Shown here piece after piece: positions 45,129-53,830 of a DNA stretch of 64,000 nt. The DNA is from a virus: IMG/VR virus record IMGVR_UViG_3300021256_000006, positions 32,001-96,000 of that record; one strand, 5' to 3'. How positions within the stretch are numbered: the first letter of the stretch is position 1; each line of letters opens with the position of its first letter. Both the position numbers and the translations under genes were made by a program. The notes under the pieces are model-generated. The model saw nothing but the letters and a program-made list of their open reading frames with translations, had not been told where the DNA came from and did no database searches.

Positions 45129-47018
45129 ATGACTAAAGAAATAAGACCATTGCAGCGGTATAATGCGAATACCGAACAGACAGAAATTTTCTATCCTGCC
45201 ACAACGACCGACGCGATTGCGCACCCCACAAAAAGAAAGTCGCTAACAAACGTGATTTCTGACATAGAAGCAAGTATTGCCGACATCGAGACGATTGCCG
45301 AGGGCTATGTGCGTGTGGCTGGTTCGTCAAGTCCTGCTCTCTCTTACAAGTCATACAAGTATCACGAACAGGGCGGCTTCGGACGTGAATCTGTGTTCTC
45401 GCTGTTCTACCCCTGTCTGGTGGGAACACCGCTGACAGGCAGTGGCACAGAAGGCAAGGTGCTTCATGTGCTTCAGAAGTTCGGTGCAAGAACTATCGAC
45501 GGAAGCCCGAAATGGCTTGACATCTACGGAACACCTCATGCCATCGACGGCTCGGAGGGTGACGTGCTGATTGTGAACATTGAACCATTTTACAGCATCA
45601 ACGGCAAGCACACAATCGAGGGCACGGAGTATGATGTATTCCTGATGTCGCGCTCACCATTCACCTGGCAGGGCATCGAGGCAGAGCACATGGAGAAGTT
45701 CGGATGGAGCCCTGACTACTGCGTGAGCCATACGGACACCGACAACGTGGTGCGTATGCACTCAGTTTATAACCCTGCGTGGAACGGATCATACCAAGCA
45801 CCTCAAGGCGTGACTGGCAAGTACGTCTATACCACCGACCCTGAGACGGGCGACATTGTGGAAACCTATGATGCAAACGAGACACTGCTGGGTGGTGCAG
45901 GTGGCTTGCACTCTACTGACATCGACCTGACTACGGGTGAACAACGAGCCATGAACATGAACGCTGACCCGACGAAGACCGTGCCATGGATGAACCAGAC
46001 GGCAGAGGGTTGCAACCGACTGATGTCGCTGATACTGGCAGAGGGTGGCACGTTCGATGCGCACAACGCAGCTCGTATGGGTAGTGGTTTCTCATCCAAT
46101 GACCCCGCCACCGCAGCAGGCGACTGGGAACAGGCGGGCAGCGGTGCGAAGAACGGTTTGCGCGTGAAGGACAAGAACGACGCATGGAAGTACTACGGAA
46201 TGAACGGCAACGTCCGCTTCCTGACGGGTGCAACGTCGGGTGCGGTGTATGCTGCCAACGTTATCAACTCTTGGCGAAATCCGTGGCACATTCTGGAGGC
46301 GCACCGTGCGATGTCGTATGCTATTGAGAACGACGTGCACGAGCTGGAGTGGTTTGTGTTCGAGGGCAACAAGTACAAGTACCGCAGCGTGCAAGGCTTC
46401 AACGGTCCGAGTCACGGAGAAATGACCTGTGTGGTGTGGAAGCTCATGGCAACACAGGCTGGTGCCAATGCCATCGACCCGACAGACAACGCAACGAGCA
46501 TCGCAGGCAATCGCGTGGAAATACTCGTCAGCACAGCACTCGTTCACGGCATGACTACGCAGGTATCACCTTCGTGGTGGACTTCAGGACTGCTGTTCAC
46601 GGAAGATGAGAGCGGACAGTATGAGTGCTTCATTGAGCGCGACCAGGCAGAACTGGTGAAGGGCATTGCCGCTGACAATTACGACCCAGCAACACCACGA
46701 AACTTCGAGACTATCTACGATCATGTGCTCACCGTACAGAAGGGCGAAGGCTACGCTAAGAACTATCTGAACGGAGCGCTGATGCTGCCTGATACCAATG
46801 CCAACAAGACTGGGGCAGGCTTGCATACCTATGTTGGCAAATACAACTGGTTTACGGGTAGCAATGCAAGTGCTGGGAAGCGGTCGGTCCGTGGCTTCCG
46901 GCGCGGCGCCCTCGCTAACTACGCGGTCCTGTCTCCGTTGGCGCTGAACGCTTACTACTCGCCCTCGGGCGCGGGCACGGGCCTCGGCTTCGGCACCTGT
47001 TGTCGCATAGCGGAATAG
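45129..47018 (+). CDS. DGR target protein (fibre-like, 629 aa) with a C-terminal variable region
   Basis: The last ~45 codons (RSVRGFRRGALANYAVLSPLALNAYYSPSGAGTGLGFGT...) are the VR homologous to the TR at 47252. Confidence 0.85.
   Translation: MTKEIRPLQRYNANTEQTEIFYPATTTDAIAHPTKRKSLTNVISDIEASIADIETIAEGYVRVAGSSSPALSYKSYKYHEQGGFGRESVFSLFYPCLVGTPLTGSGTEGKVLHVLQKFGARTIDGSPKWLDIYGTPHAIDGSEGDVLIVNIEPFYSINGKHTIEGTEYDVFLMSRSPFTWQGIEAEHMEKFGWSPDYCVSHTDTDNVVRMHSVYNPAWNGSYQAPQGVTGKYVYTTDPETGDIVETYDANETLLGGAGGLHSTDIDLTTGEQRAMNMNADPTKTVPWMNQTAEGCNRLMSLILAEGGTFDAHNAARMGSGFSSNDPATAAGDWEQAGSGAKNGLRVKDKNDAWKYYGMNGNVRFLTGATSGAVYAANVINSWRNPWHILEAHRAMSYAIENDVHELEWFVFEGNKYKYRSVQGFNGPSHGEMTCVVWKLMATQAGANAIDPTDNATSIAGNRVEILVSTALVHGMTTQVSPSWWTSGLLFTEDESGQYECFIERDQAELVKGIAADNYDPATPRNFETIYDHVLTVQKGEGYAKNYLNGALMLPDTNANKTGAGLHTYVGKYNWFTGSNASAGKRSVRGFRRGALANYAVLSPLALNAYYSPSGAGTGLGFGTCCRIAE
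46880..46999 (+). repeat. DGR variable region (VR); may extend to ~47015
   Basis: Ungapped 120-nt match to 47252-47371 with 21 mismatches, all at TR adenines. Confidence 0.85.
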
Positions 47019-47062
47019 AAAACGTAAACCCCGCGAGCAAGGCGAGCGCGAAAACGAAAACT

Positions 47063-47079
47063 GCGCGGCTGAGCCGCGC
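47063..47079. promoter_or_regulatory. GC-rich hairpin/cruciform downstream of the VR (candidate DGR target-recognition element)
   Basis: GCGCGGC-TGA-GCCGCGC, perfect 7-bp stem, 45 nt after the stop. Confidence 0.4.
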
Positions 47080-47108
47080 CCGCTGAGCAATAGCGAAGGC
47101 TATAATAC

Positions 47109-47127
47109 TGCCGCAAGGCGGCATTTT
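47109..47127 (+). terminator. Weak terminator-like hairpin
   Basis: TGCCGC-AAG-GCGGCA followed by TTTT. Confidence 0.3.
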
Positions 47128-47251
47128 GCCCGAATAGTGTGGAGATGTGGTGCGACATCGTTGAAGCAAAAATCCATGCCACCGACCAAAGCGCACAAGG
47201 GAATCGGAGTACCCGTCAGGTGGTGAGGTTGAAATAAGGCGGCTGCACTGT

Positions 47252-47371
47252 ACGGTCGGTCCGTGGCTTCCGGCGCGGCAACAACGCTAACAACACGAAC
47301 CTGTCTCCGTTGACGATGAACGCTAACAACTCGCCCTCGAACGCGAACACGAACATCGGCTTCGGCAACTG
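47252..47371 (+). repeat. DGR template repeat (TR)
   Basis: In the target frame it carries 12 AAC codons (..GNNANNTNLSPLTMNANNSPSNANTNIGFGN*); non-coding context. Confidence 0.85.
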
Positions 47372-47575
47372 AAACGCAGTAACGAAATACATAAGCCCTC
47401 CAATGCTTGACCTGAGCATGAAGAGGCAGGTGCAGAGCCTCGCTGACGAAGAGAGCGGAACAACGCAGGAAAAGGTGCTAAGACCACCAGCCGACCGCGC
47501 AAGAATGAGCGAAGGAAAGGGTAGGCTGCAAGGCGTTCAAAAACCTTGCTATCGGCGCAACAGGTCATAAAGCGT

Positions 47576-47592
47576 TCAGCGGTTCCCCCGCT
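47576..47592 (+). repeat. GC hairpin family copy in the DGR TR-RT spacer
   Basis: aagcgtt CAGCGG-TTCCC-CCGCTG aaaaac, 20 nt before the RT ATG. Confidence 0.85.
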
Positions 47593-47612
47593 GAAAAACA
47601 AAGAAAAGAACA

Positions 47613-48941
47613 ATGGGGACATCCACATGGAACAACATCACCACCGGCCTTCACGCTGCTGTATATGACAGCTACATGGCCAAGAGCTCACGCCAACGCG
47701 CCAAGCGTGAGGTGGTGGAGGTCATGGCAGATGTGGACGGGTTCTGCCAACGGAAGCAGGCAGAGCTGGCAAGCGGCAGCTACCATGTGGGTGACTATCG
47801 TCACTTCCAGTTGAAGGACAAGAAGAAGGAGCGTAGCATCTCTGTACTGCCCTATGAAGACCGCTGCGTGCAGAATGCTATCAAGGATGCCATAGAGCCG
47901 CTATTGCTCCGTCAGATGACCGACGACATGATGGGAGGTCTGCCTGGTTGCGGCGTGCTGGCAAGCGACAAGCGGCACCAGGTGGTGGCACGGATGCGGG
48001 TGATGCTGAACGACCGCTCGCTGAGGTATTGCTTGCAAGGTGACATCGAGAAGTTCTACGACCATGTGGATAATGTCATCAGTATGCGGCTCATTGAGAA
48101 GCAGGTGAAAGACAAGCGCACAAGGGCGGTTATCCGTCAACACCTCTTCAACCAGAAGCGGCTCGCTATTGGTGATCCATTCAGTCACCTTATCGCCAAT
48201 CTCAATACGTCGGTCATTATTCGCAAGGCAAAGGAGTTGTACGGCAATAGCATCAAGGTGGTCAATTTTGCCGACGACTTCATAGCCTTCAGCAGAGACA
48301 AGACAATCCTCAATGCCCTGCGGAAAGATATGAAGATATGGGCAAAGGCGATGCGGTTGCATTACAAGCCGATGTACGTGCGTCCCATAGACCCGCAACC
48401 AGGAAAGGAATACAACCCTATTATCTTCTGCGGCTACAAGTGCGGGCGTGGTTATGTTCACCTCACCCCGCGCACTAAGAAACGATACGTCAAGACCCGA
48501 CACAAGGAACGCAGTATTGGCTCCTATCAGGGCATTATCGGCGTGGCTGACACGAAACATCTGAGACTAAAAGTACAAATTAACGATAACAAAACTATGA
48601 GCGAGAAAATCAGGCGACCATTTGCAGGACGCCCCATGAAGATAGAAACGATGGAAGGTATCAACCACACCATTGTGGACTTTCAGAAACGCAGCAGCAA
48701 TCAGAAGGACTGCGACAGTTACTATCACATCCAGGCACTTGCCGACGGGCTGGGGCTAATAGTCTATTCGACGGGCGCACAGAAAATCTGCAAGTATCTC
48801 GACACCAAGAGAAGGACGGACATCCCATTGCGTGACATGAAGATAGTGCACGACTGGAGTGGATTCTACTACGATGGCACCGTATATACCGATGCCGAGG
48901 AAGAGGAAATGATTCGCAAACAATTTAACATATCGAAATAA
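47613..48941 (+). CDS. DGR-type reverse transcriptase
   Basis: 442 aa; RT blocks SISVLPYEDRCVQ, LQGDIEKFYDHV, IGDPFSHLIANL (DGR-like I/LGxxxS box), NFADDFIAF (YxDD-type). Confidence 0.9.
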   Translation: MGTSTWNNITTGLHAAVYDSYMAKSSRQRAKREVVEVMADVDGFCQRKQAELASGSYHVGDYRHFQLKDKKKERSISVLPYEDRCVQNAIKDAIEPLLLRQMTDDMMGGLPGCGVLASDKRHQVVARMRVMLNDRSLRYCLQGDIEKFYDHVDNVISMRLIEKQVKDKRTRAVIRQHLFNQKRLAIGDPFSHLIANLNTSVIIRKAKELYGNSIKVVNFADDFIAFSRDKTILNALRKDMKIWAKAMRLHYKPMYVRPIDPQPGKEYNPIIFCGYKCGRGYVHLTPRTKKRYVKTRHKERSIGSYQGIIGVADTKHLRLKVQINDNKTMSEKIRRPFAGRPMKIETMEGINHTIVDFQKRSSNQKDCDSYYHIQALADGLGLIVYSTGAQKICKYLDTKRRTDIPLRDMKIVHDWSGFYYDGTVYTDAEEEEMIRKQFNISK

Positions 48942-48942
48942 T

Positions 48943-49284
48943 ATGAGACAAGAACGATTTTCAGAGCCTCACAAGCAAGGCTTGATGAAGCTCACTGGTG
49001 ACAACACAGGACTGGTGTACTGCAACGAGCGCACCGAAGTAGTAACCGACGAAGAGGGCAACGAAAAGACGGAGTACGTGTACGACGTGTACGAGGTCAC
49101 AGATGCCCGCGACCCTCACAAGGTGAAGAATGAGGTGATAGAGAATGAGCACCCCTTCGGCGATGAGACGAAGATACTGCGCAAGACCATTGCCAAGATG
49201 CTAAAGGCATCAGGTCAGTATAACAGCGAGGACTTCCGAGAGTTTAAGCAATACAACGAATTTGTCGAAAGCATCGACGTATAG
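48943..49284 (+). CDS. Hypothetical acidic protein (113 aa)
   Basis: Starts 2 nt after the RT stop; Glu/Asp-rich; not Avd-like. Confidence 0.45.
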   Translation: MRQERFSEPHKQGLMKLTGDNTGLVYCNERTEVVTDEEGNEKTEYVYDVYEVTDARDPHKVKNEVIENEHPFGDETKILRKTIAKMLKASGQYNSEDFREFKQYNEFVESIDV

Positions 49285-49308
49285 CCAAACGCAAATAACA
49301 CTCCTATC

Positions 49309-49788
49309 ATGTTCCATACTCTCACACACACCTATGACAAGCTGTGCAACATCCTGCAACGCCCCGCAGGATGGGCACTTGGCATCCTATTTGCCATCGC
49401 AAACTACTTTGAGGGACACTCTTTTGTCGTATTCCTCGTCGTCGCTGTCACACTCATTGACGCGGCCTGGGGAATAGCGGTCAGTATTCATCAAGGACAC
49501 TTCACGCTTTCAGAACTCCTGCGGCTCACCATTGCCAAACTCGGCGTGTACGGTTCAGCCCTCTTTGTATTCGTGGGCCTCGACAAGTTCATGAACAGCA
49601 CCATCACCACATCCGTCGTCGCTGGTGCCATCGTCCTTGTGGAGTTTTGGAGTTCCTGCGGAAGTATGCTGATTCTCTTCCCCAACTTTCTCTTCCTCCG
49701 TTTATTGAAGAAAGCCCTCACGGGAGAGATAGCAAGCAAATTGAACATTCCCGAAGAGGATGTTGAAAAAGTGTTGCGCAATGGATAA
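49309..49788 (+). CDS. Holin-like multi-pass membrane protein
   Basis: 159 aa with 3-4 hydrophobic segments, upstream of the endolysin. Confidence 0.5.
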   Translation: MFHTLTHTYDKLCNILQRPAGWALGILFAIANYFEGHSFVVFLVVAVTLIDAAWGIAVSIHQGHFTLSELLRLTIAKLGVYGSALFVFVGLDKFMNSTITTSVVAGAIVLVEFWSSCGSMLILFPNFLFLRLLKKALTGEIASKLNIPEEDVEKVLRNG

Positions 49789-49924
49789 GGTACTCGGATT
49801 CTGCGAAATTGATAAGGTGCTTGGCTTTTGCACAATGGATAAGATAGGCGGTTTCTTGATGATAGCCTTTCTCGTCTGGCTCATGTACGAGGCATACAAA
49901 TATGACAAGCGAAATCACGGATAA
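49781..49924 (+). CDS. Small membrane protein (47 aa) with an MDK(V/I)LGF internal repeat
   Basis: Not in the ORF track; overlaps the holin stop (ATGGATAA); a C-terminal hydrophobic segment FLMIAFLVWLM. Confidence 0.3.
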   Translation: MDKVLGFCEIDKVLGFCTMDKIGGFLMIAFLVWLMYEAYKYDKRNHG

Positions 49925-50005
49925 AATCCTTCTTGCTGCCTACACGCTCGCGCTCTGCGCAATGTTTTGGGCGTGGGCAAAGGACAAGGAATAAATAAGA
50001 AAAAT

Positions 50006-50443
50006 ATGAAGTACTTTACTATTACTGAGTTGACAAAAAGCTCGACGGCTCAACGGAAAGGCATCAAGAACACACCCAGCGATGAGGTGCGCAAAAGCCT
50101 CACGGCCCTCATTGAGAAGGTGCTTGACCCTCTCCGTGAAGCATACGGTAAACCTATAGTTGTTAATTCGGGTTACAGGTGCCCAAAACTGAATGCGGCT
50201 GTAGGAGGTTCTGCTTCCTCTCAGCACGTCAAAGGAGAAGCAGCCGACATCAGGAGTGTGGCCGACACGCCCGAAGAAAATAAGAAGCTCTACGACCTCA
50301 TCGTGAAGTTGAAACTCCCCTTTGACCAACTCATCAATGAGTATAATTTCGATTGGGTGCACGTCTCGTTCGGTCCTCGGCATCGACGCCAACGATTGAA
50401 AGCGGTAAAGAAAAATGGCAGGACATCTTACATTCCGGCATAA
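50006..50443 (+). CDS. Endolysin, peptidase M15 (VanY / L-Ala-D-Glu peptidase-like)
   Basis: Trimmed to ATG 50006; SGYRCPKLNAAVGGSASSQH..GEAADI..DWVHVS gives the H/D/H zinc ligand pattern. Confidence 0.8.
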   Translation: MKYFTITELTKSSTAQRKGIKNTPSDEVRKSLTALIEKVLDPLREAYGKPIVVNSGYRCPKLNAAVGGSASSQHVKGEAADIRSVADTPEENKKLYDLIVKLKLPFDQLINEYNFDWVHVSFGPRHRRQRLKAVKKNGRTSYIPA

Positions 50444-50576
50444 TCTCATAACTGACAGCGGTCAGTCGATTCTTTCATATACGTTTAAGGTTAATAATAA
50501 GATTAGTGTTTTTTCACGGTTGGCTAACCACTTGGGAAAGCCGTTAGCCATTTTCAACTCTTAAAAAATAAATGTT

Positions 50577-51173
50577 ATGACAAACTTTGCAAAAAAACAC
50601 CCAAACATCGCCTCCGTAGTGAGCGTGATTTTATTCTTTGTGTTCATGGCTGTGCTTTCCGCCCTGACGGGATGCAAGAGCTCGCACCAGGTAGTGACCG
50701 TCGTCACAACAGACACGCTGCATGTGTACCACACGGACACGCTGAAGGTGGTGCACAATGATACCATTCGGGAAGTAATAACCAAAGTGGTGCATGACTC
50801 CATCGTTAAGGGGACGATTATCAAGGAGGTGGTGAATGAATTGGGAGAAGTAATCCATTCGGAAAAGGAGACCAACAGCGAAGTGTGGCACAACAGCGAC
50901 ACCAATTCATCCCTCATTCAGCATACCGTTGACAGCATCCTTCAAGTCAAGATGGATTCTATCTACAATTCCAAGTACAACGAGAAGCCTGTAATTGTTG
51001 AGGTGGAGAAACCTACGCCCTGGTATAGGAAGGCTTGGAACTGGATAGTAAACAGGTTTGCCCATCTGATGGGTACTTTGGCTTTCTTCTTGCTCCTGTA
51101 TTTCTTGCCGGATATTCGGAAGGTTATCGGATGGATCATCTCAAAAAGAACAAGGAATGACTCCGGAACTTAA
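50577..51173 (+). CDS. Lipoprotein with a C-terminal transmembrane helix (unimolecular spanin candidate)
   Basis: Signal plus lipobox AVLSALTGC; C-terminal TM LMGTLAFFLLLYFL; directly follows the endolysin. Confidence 0.45.
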   Translation: MTNFAKKHPNIASVVSVILFFVFMAVLSALTGCKSSHQVVTVVTTDTLHVYHTDTLKVVHNDTIREVITKVVHDSIVKGTIIKEVVNELGEVIHSEKETNSEVWHNSDTNSSLIQHTVDSILQVKMDSIYNSKYNEKPVIVEVEKPTPWYRKAWNWIVNRFAHLMGTLAFFLLLYFLPDIRKVIGWIISKRTRNDSGT

Positions 51174-51198
51174 TTAGCAGGTGCTGAACTTGCCGCTT

Positions 51199-51285
51199 CA
51201 CCAAGGACAAAAAAATCCTTGGTGTAATAAATCTCTTACCTTTCATTACACATAAAATGCCCTACAGCATGACCAAGGATTTTTT
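51199..51285 (+). promoter_or_regulatory. Three-segment alternative-pairing element (attenuator-like)
   Basis: A CACCAAGGA (51199-51207), B TCCTTGGTG (51216-51224), C ACCAAGGA (51272-51279) followed by TTTTTT. Confidence 0.35.
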
Positions 51286-51376
51286 AACCTTTCTTGCTGT
51301 ACGGGCATATATTGTTTTTGTGTATGTCGGTTGGTAAGAGTGATGCAAAAGTATGGATTAAAAATTAAATAACCAA

Positions 51377-51604
51377 ATGAAAGCGGCAAAATTATTAAAA
51401 ATCGGTGCAGAAATTCTAAAAATGATGTCAGAAAATGACCTTAGAGTGAAAGATGTAGAACATTTAGACCTTTATGTTGACTACAAAAATGCACGCAAAA
51501 ATAAGGTAAAATATAATGCGATTGTCTATGACCTCTCTATACGGTATAATATTTCGGAAAGCACAGTAAAACGCATCATCCGGCGGTTTGAAAGGGAGGT
51601 ATGA
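51377..51604 (+). CDS. Small protein with a C-terminal HTH-like segment (75 aa)
   Basis: YNISESTVKRIIRRFERE resembles a recognition-helix region. Confidence 0.4.
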   Translation: MKAAKLLKIGAEILKMMSENDLRVKDVEHLDLYVDYKNARKNKVKYNAIVYDLSIRYNISESTVKRIIRRFEREV

Positions 51605-51736
51605 AGGGGGTCAACGGCTGAACCTTGCATTTTGCCTGTTTGTTTGTTCGTGTTTGTTTCTTCTACGATATTTGCCATCGTCATTGCGCATGGCAATAGC
51701 AAATCATTTTATTAACAAACACAAACACCAAAGATT

Positions 51737-52291
51737 ATGGCATTAGATTCTAACGACCTGATGATGCTGAAGGAGATGAATGGCAACATGTCTCCATACG
51801 AGCAGTTTAAGGTGGGCCACATGCAGTCACGACGCGCTTCTGGAACGTCTATCGGTGCACTGGGCGTCGGCATCGGCGCTGCCGTGTTGGGCATCGGAGC
51901 ATGGGTGTTCGCTCCTCTTTATGGCAATGCAAAGGCTGCACAGGCTAAAGAGGTGGCTAATGCGGCTAAGGAACAAGCAACACTCCTGGCCGCTGGCACA
52001 CAGCGACAACTCGACCAGCTCACTAACCTTTTTGCTGCCGAACGTCAAGAACGCATCAACGGAGATTACTCCATTACGCAAACAGTCAACGACACCGTTT
52101 CTTCTGCACAGCAGGGAACGCTGACTGCACAGCAGGCCGCAGAACTCGCCGCTTCACAGGCTACACAGCAGGTGATGCAGCAGACTTTTGCGGACGCAGT
52201 AACCGGACGTTCTTCGCTGAACGCAACTCCTGTGCAGATTTATTCTGCACCACAGCCTTGTGGCTGCCCCGGTTGCGGATGCAATGGCTAA
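51737..52291 (+). CDS. Membrane-anchored protein with a CGCPGCGC C-terminus (184 aa)
   Basis: TM IGALGVGIGAAVLGIGAWVFAPL; Gln/Ala-rich coil; ends PQPCGCPGCGCNG. Confidence 0.5.
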   Translation: MALDSNDLMMLKEMNGNMSPYEQFKVGHMQSRRASGTSIGALGVGIGAAVLGIGAWVFAPLYGNAKAAQAKEVANAAKEQATLLAAGTQRQLDQLTNLFAAERQERINGDYSITQTVNDTVSSAQQGTLTAQQAAELAASQATQQVMQQTFADAVTGRSSLNATPVQIYSAPQPCGCPGCGCNG

Positions 52292-52307
52292 ATCTCTTCG
52301 AGGGAAT

Positions 52308-52332
52308 GGTATGCCGGACCTTCCGGCATACC
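52308..52332 (+). terminator. Strong hairpin after 52291
   Basis: GGTATGCCGG-accTT-CCGGCATACC; followed by a CT-rich run rather than a U-tract. Confidence 0.45.
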
Positions 52333-52355
52333 TCTCTCTCTAAAAACACGGCAAA

Positions 52356-52724
52356 ATGTTATGGCTTAATAAGGATAAGGAACGTAAATTGGCTATCATG
52401 CAAGCAATAACTCCAACAAGCAAGACCTCTCTAAAAAGACAATGCCTATTTGCAGCAAAAGGAAACCTGAAAGAGGCAAGGGAACTCTATGATTTCTTTG
52501 CTGAGGACTTGAAGGACTTACCTGACTGTGACCCAGTTGCACCTACATGGCAGGAAAATGCTGCTAATACCGTGAATGGTATTATGGGATGGCTGAAGGA
52601 GAACCAGGGAACGCTGGTGGACGCATACTCGTTTGTGCAGGGCATTATCACAAACAAGGGAGTGCTGCCGGTCATGAACGTGGCGGAGGATGCGGAACAG
52701 GCACTGGAGCCAATCAATGAATAA
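52356..52724 (+). CDS. Hypothetical protein (122 aa; alternative start at 52398)
   Basis: ORF track. Confidence 0.45.
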   Translation: MLWLNKDKERKLAIMQAITPTSKTSLKRQCLFAAKGNLKEARELYDFFAEDLKDLPDCDPVAPTWQENAANTVNGIMGWLKENQGTLVDAYSFVQGIITNKGVLPVMNVAEDAEQALEPINE

Positions 52725-52735
52725 GGCACGGCAAT

Positions 52736-52948
52736 ATGGCACAGAATAATGTGAAAAGAATCGCTTTTAATATCTATGCGGACTCTGACGAGGAAGCGGA
52801 AAGCGGAAGACAAGCCATCATCATGTTTATCAACATGGTCGGACAGCATGGATATAAGGTCAGCGGAAACAAAATAGCAGAGGCTGTCAATAAAATGAAA
52901 TCTAATCATTTTATTGCAACACAAGTAATCAATTTCTTTAAAAGGTAA
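52736..52948 (+). CDS. Hypothetical protein (70 aa)
   Basis: ORF track; ATATGGCACAG start. Confidence 0.4.
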   Translation: MAQNNVKRIAFNIYADSDEEAESGRQAIIMFINMVGQHGYKVSGNKIAEAVNKMKSNHFIATQVINFFKR

Positions 52949-52951
52949 ACT

Positions 52952-53281
52952 ATGGCAGACAACGGAACAACGGCAACGAATGCCCAGCAAACATCACACT
53001 GCACCGGGGATTGCAGGAAATGTATGCCAATACAGAGAGCTTACTGCTCGTCTCAAATTGCTTACAGCAACATGAAGTTGCTGGATGCACTCACACAGTC
53101 TGTGGCAGCGCTTGACAATTCTGTTAAAATGATTCAGGCAAAAGTGGAGGCAATTCAAGGCAACGAGGCGCTTCTCTTTGCTCCATCGCATACAGATAGT
53201 TTGCCAACACAACAAACTCAAGAACAAGAGGGTCACGTATGCACCGATGCCATCGGCGCAGAAACTCCATCTGCAGAATAG
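52952..53281 (+). CDS. Hypothetical protein with an N-terminal Cys cluster (109 aa)
   Basis: AACTATGGCAGAC start; CTGDCRKCMPIQRAYC. Confidence 0.45.
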   Translation: MADNGTTATNAQQTSHCTGDCRKCMPIQRAYCSSQIAYSNMKLLDALTQSVAALDNSVKMIQAKVEAIQGNEALLFAPSHTDSLPTQQTQEQEGHVCTDAIGAETPSAE

Positions 53282-53380
53282 GCGCACCGCCATACCCCAT
53301 CGGATGAACATACCATAGCGCAGAGTGGGAGGCGGCGCAGAAAATAGGCCTCCAAAAACAAACAAACACAAAGTAATATT

Positions 53381-53827
53381 ATGAATTGTAACAACAACGG
53401 AAAGACATTTGTGGTAAGTCTTACTACGGTGCCAGGCGGCACAGCTGCCAATGCCAACTATCTGCTGGCGCTTGAACATTACACTTGCGGGAACCGCAAA
53501 CTCTGCACACAGGAGGTTTTCCCGGTTACCGCTGACTTGAAAGCACAGGTGATTGGAACGCCTGTCAGCGTGGGCAACGGTACATTCTGCTGCGAGGTGC
53601 TGGTGAGTGGAACCGTCACATACATGCCTTACGTTTGCGGATGCAACTGCAACGTGTGCCCTCGCACGGAAAATATCCACACAACTATTTGCGTGCCTTG
53701 CTCATCAGCAGCCGTGCCTACCCTTGCCATCGGCGAGAGTGTGGCTACGCCTACTAACGTGCAGCCTTGCTACAACCTTACAAACGCAGTGGCCATCACC
53801 ACTTCGCTGAATGTAACCACAGCGTAA
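53381..53827 (+). CDS. Cys-rich hypothetical protein (148 aa)
   Basis: Many Cys, including FCCEV and YVCGCNCNVCP..TICVPC. Confidence 0.5.
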   Translation: MNCNNNGKTFVVSLTTVPGGTAANANYLLALEHYTCGNRKLCTQEVFPVTADLKAQVIGTPVSVGNGTFCCEVLVSGTVTYMPYVCGCNCNVCPRTENIHTTICVPCSSAAVPTLAIGESVATPTNVQPCYNLTNAVAITTSLNVTTA

Positions 53828-53830
53828 GGC

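Larger units (their letters stand above)
45129..48941 (+). mobile_element. Diversity-generating retroelement cassette (target-VR, TR, RT)
   Basis: VR/TR pair with adenine-only mismatches plus an adjacent RT gene. Confidence 0.85.

Noticed and set aside
48943-49284. Avd (DGR accessory variability determinant) assignment for the ORF after the RT
   Set aside because: The protein is strongly acidic and shows no resemblance I can see to the basic four-helix-bundle Avd. It is kept as hypothetical.
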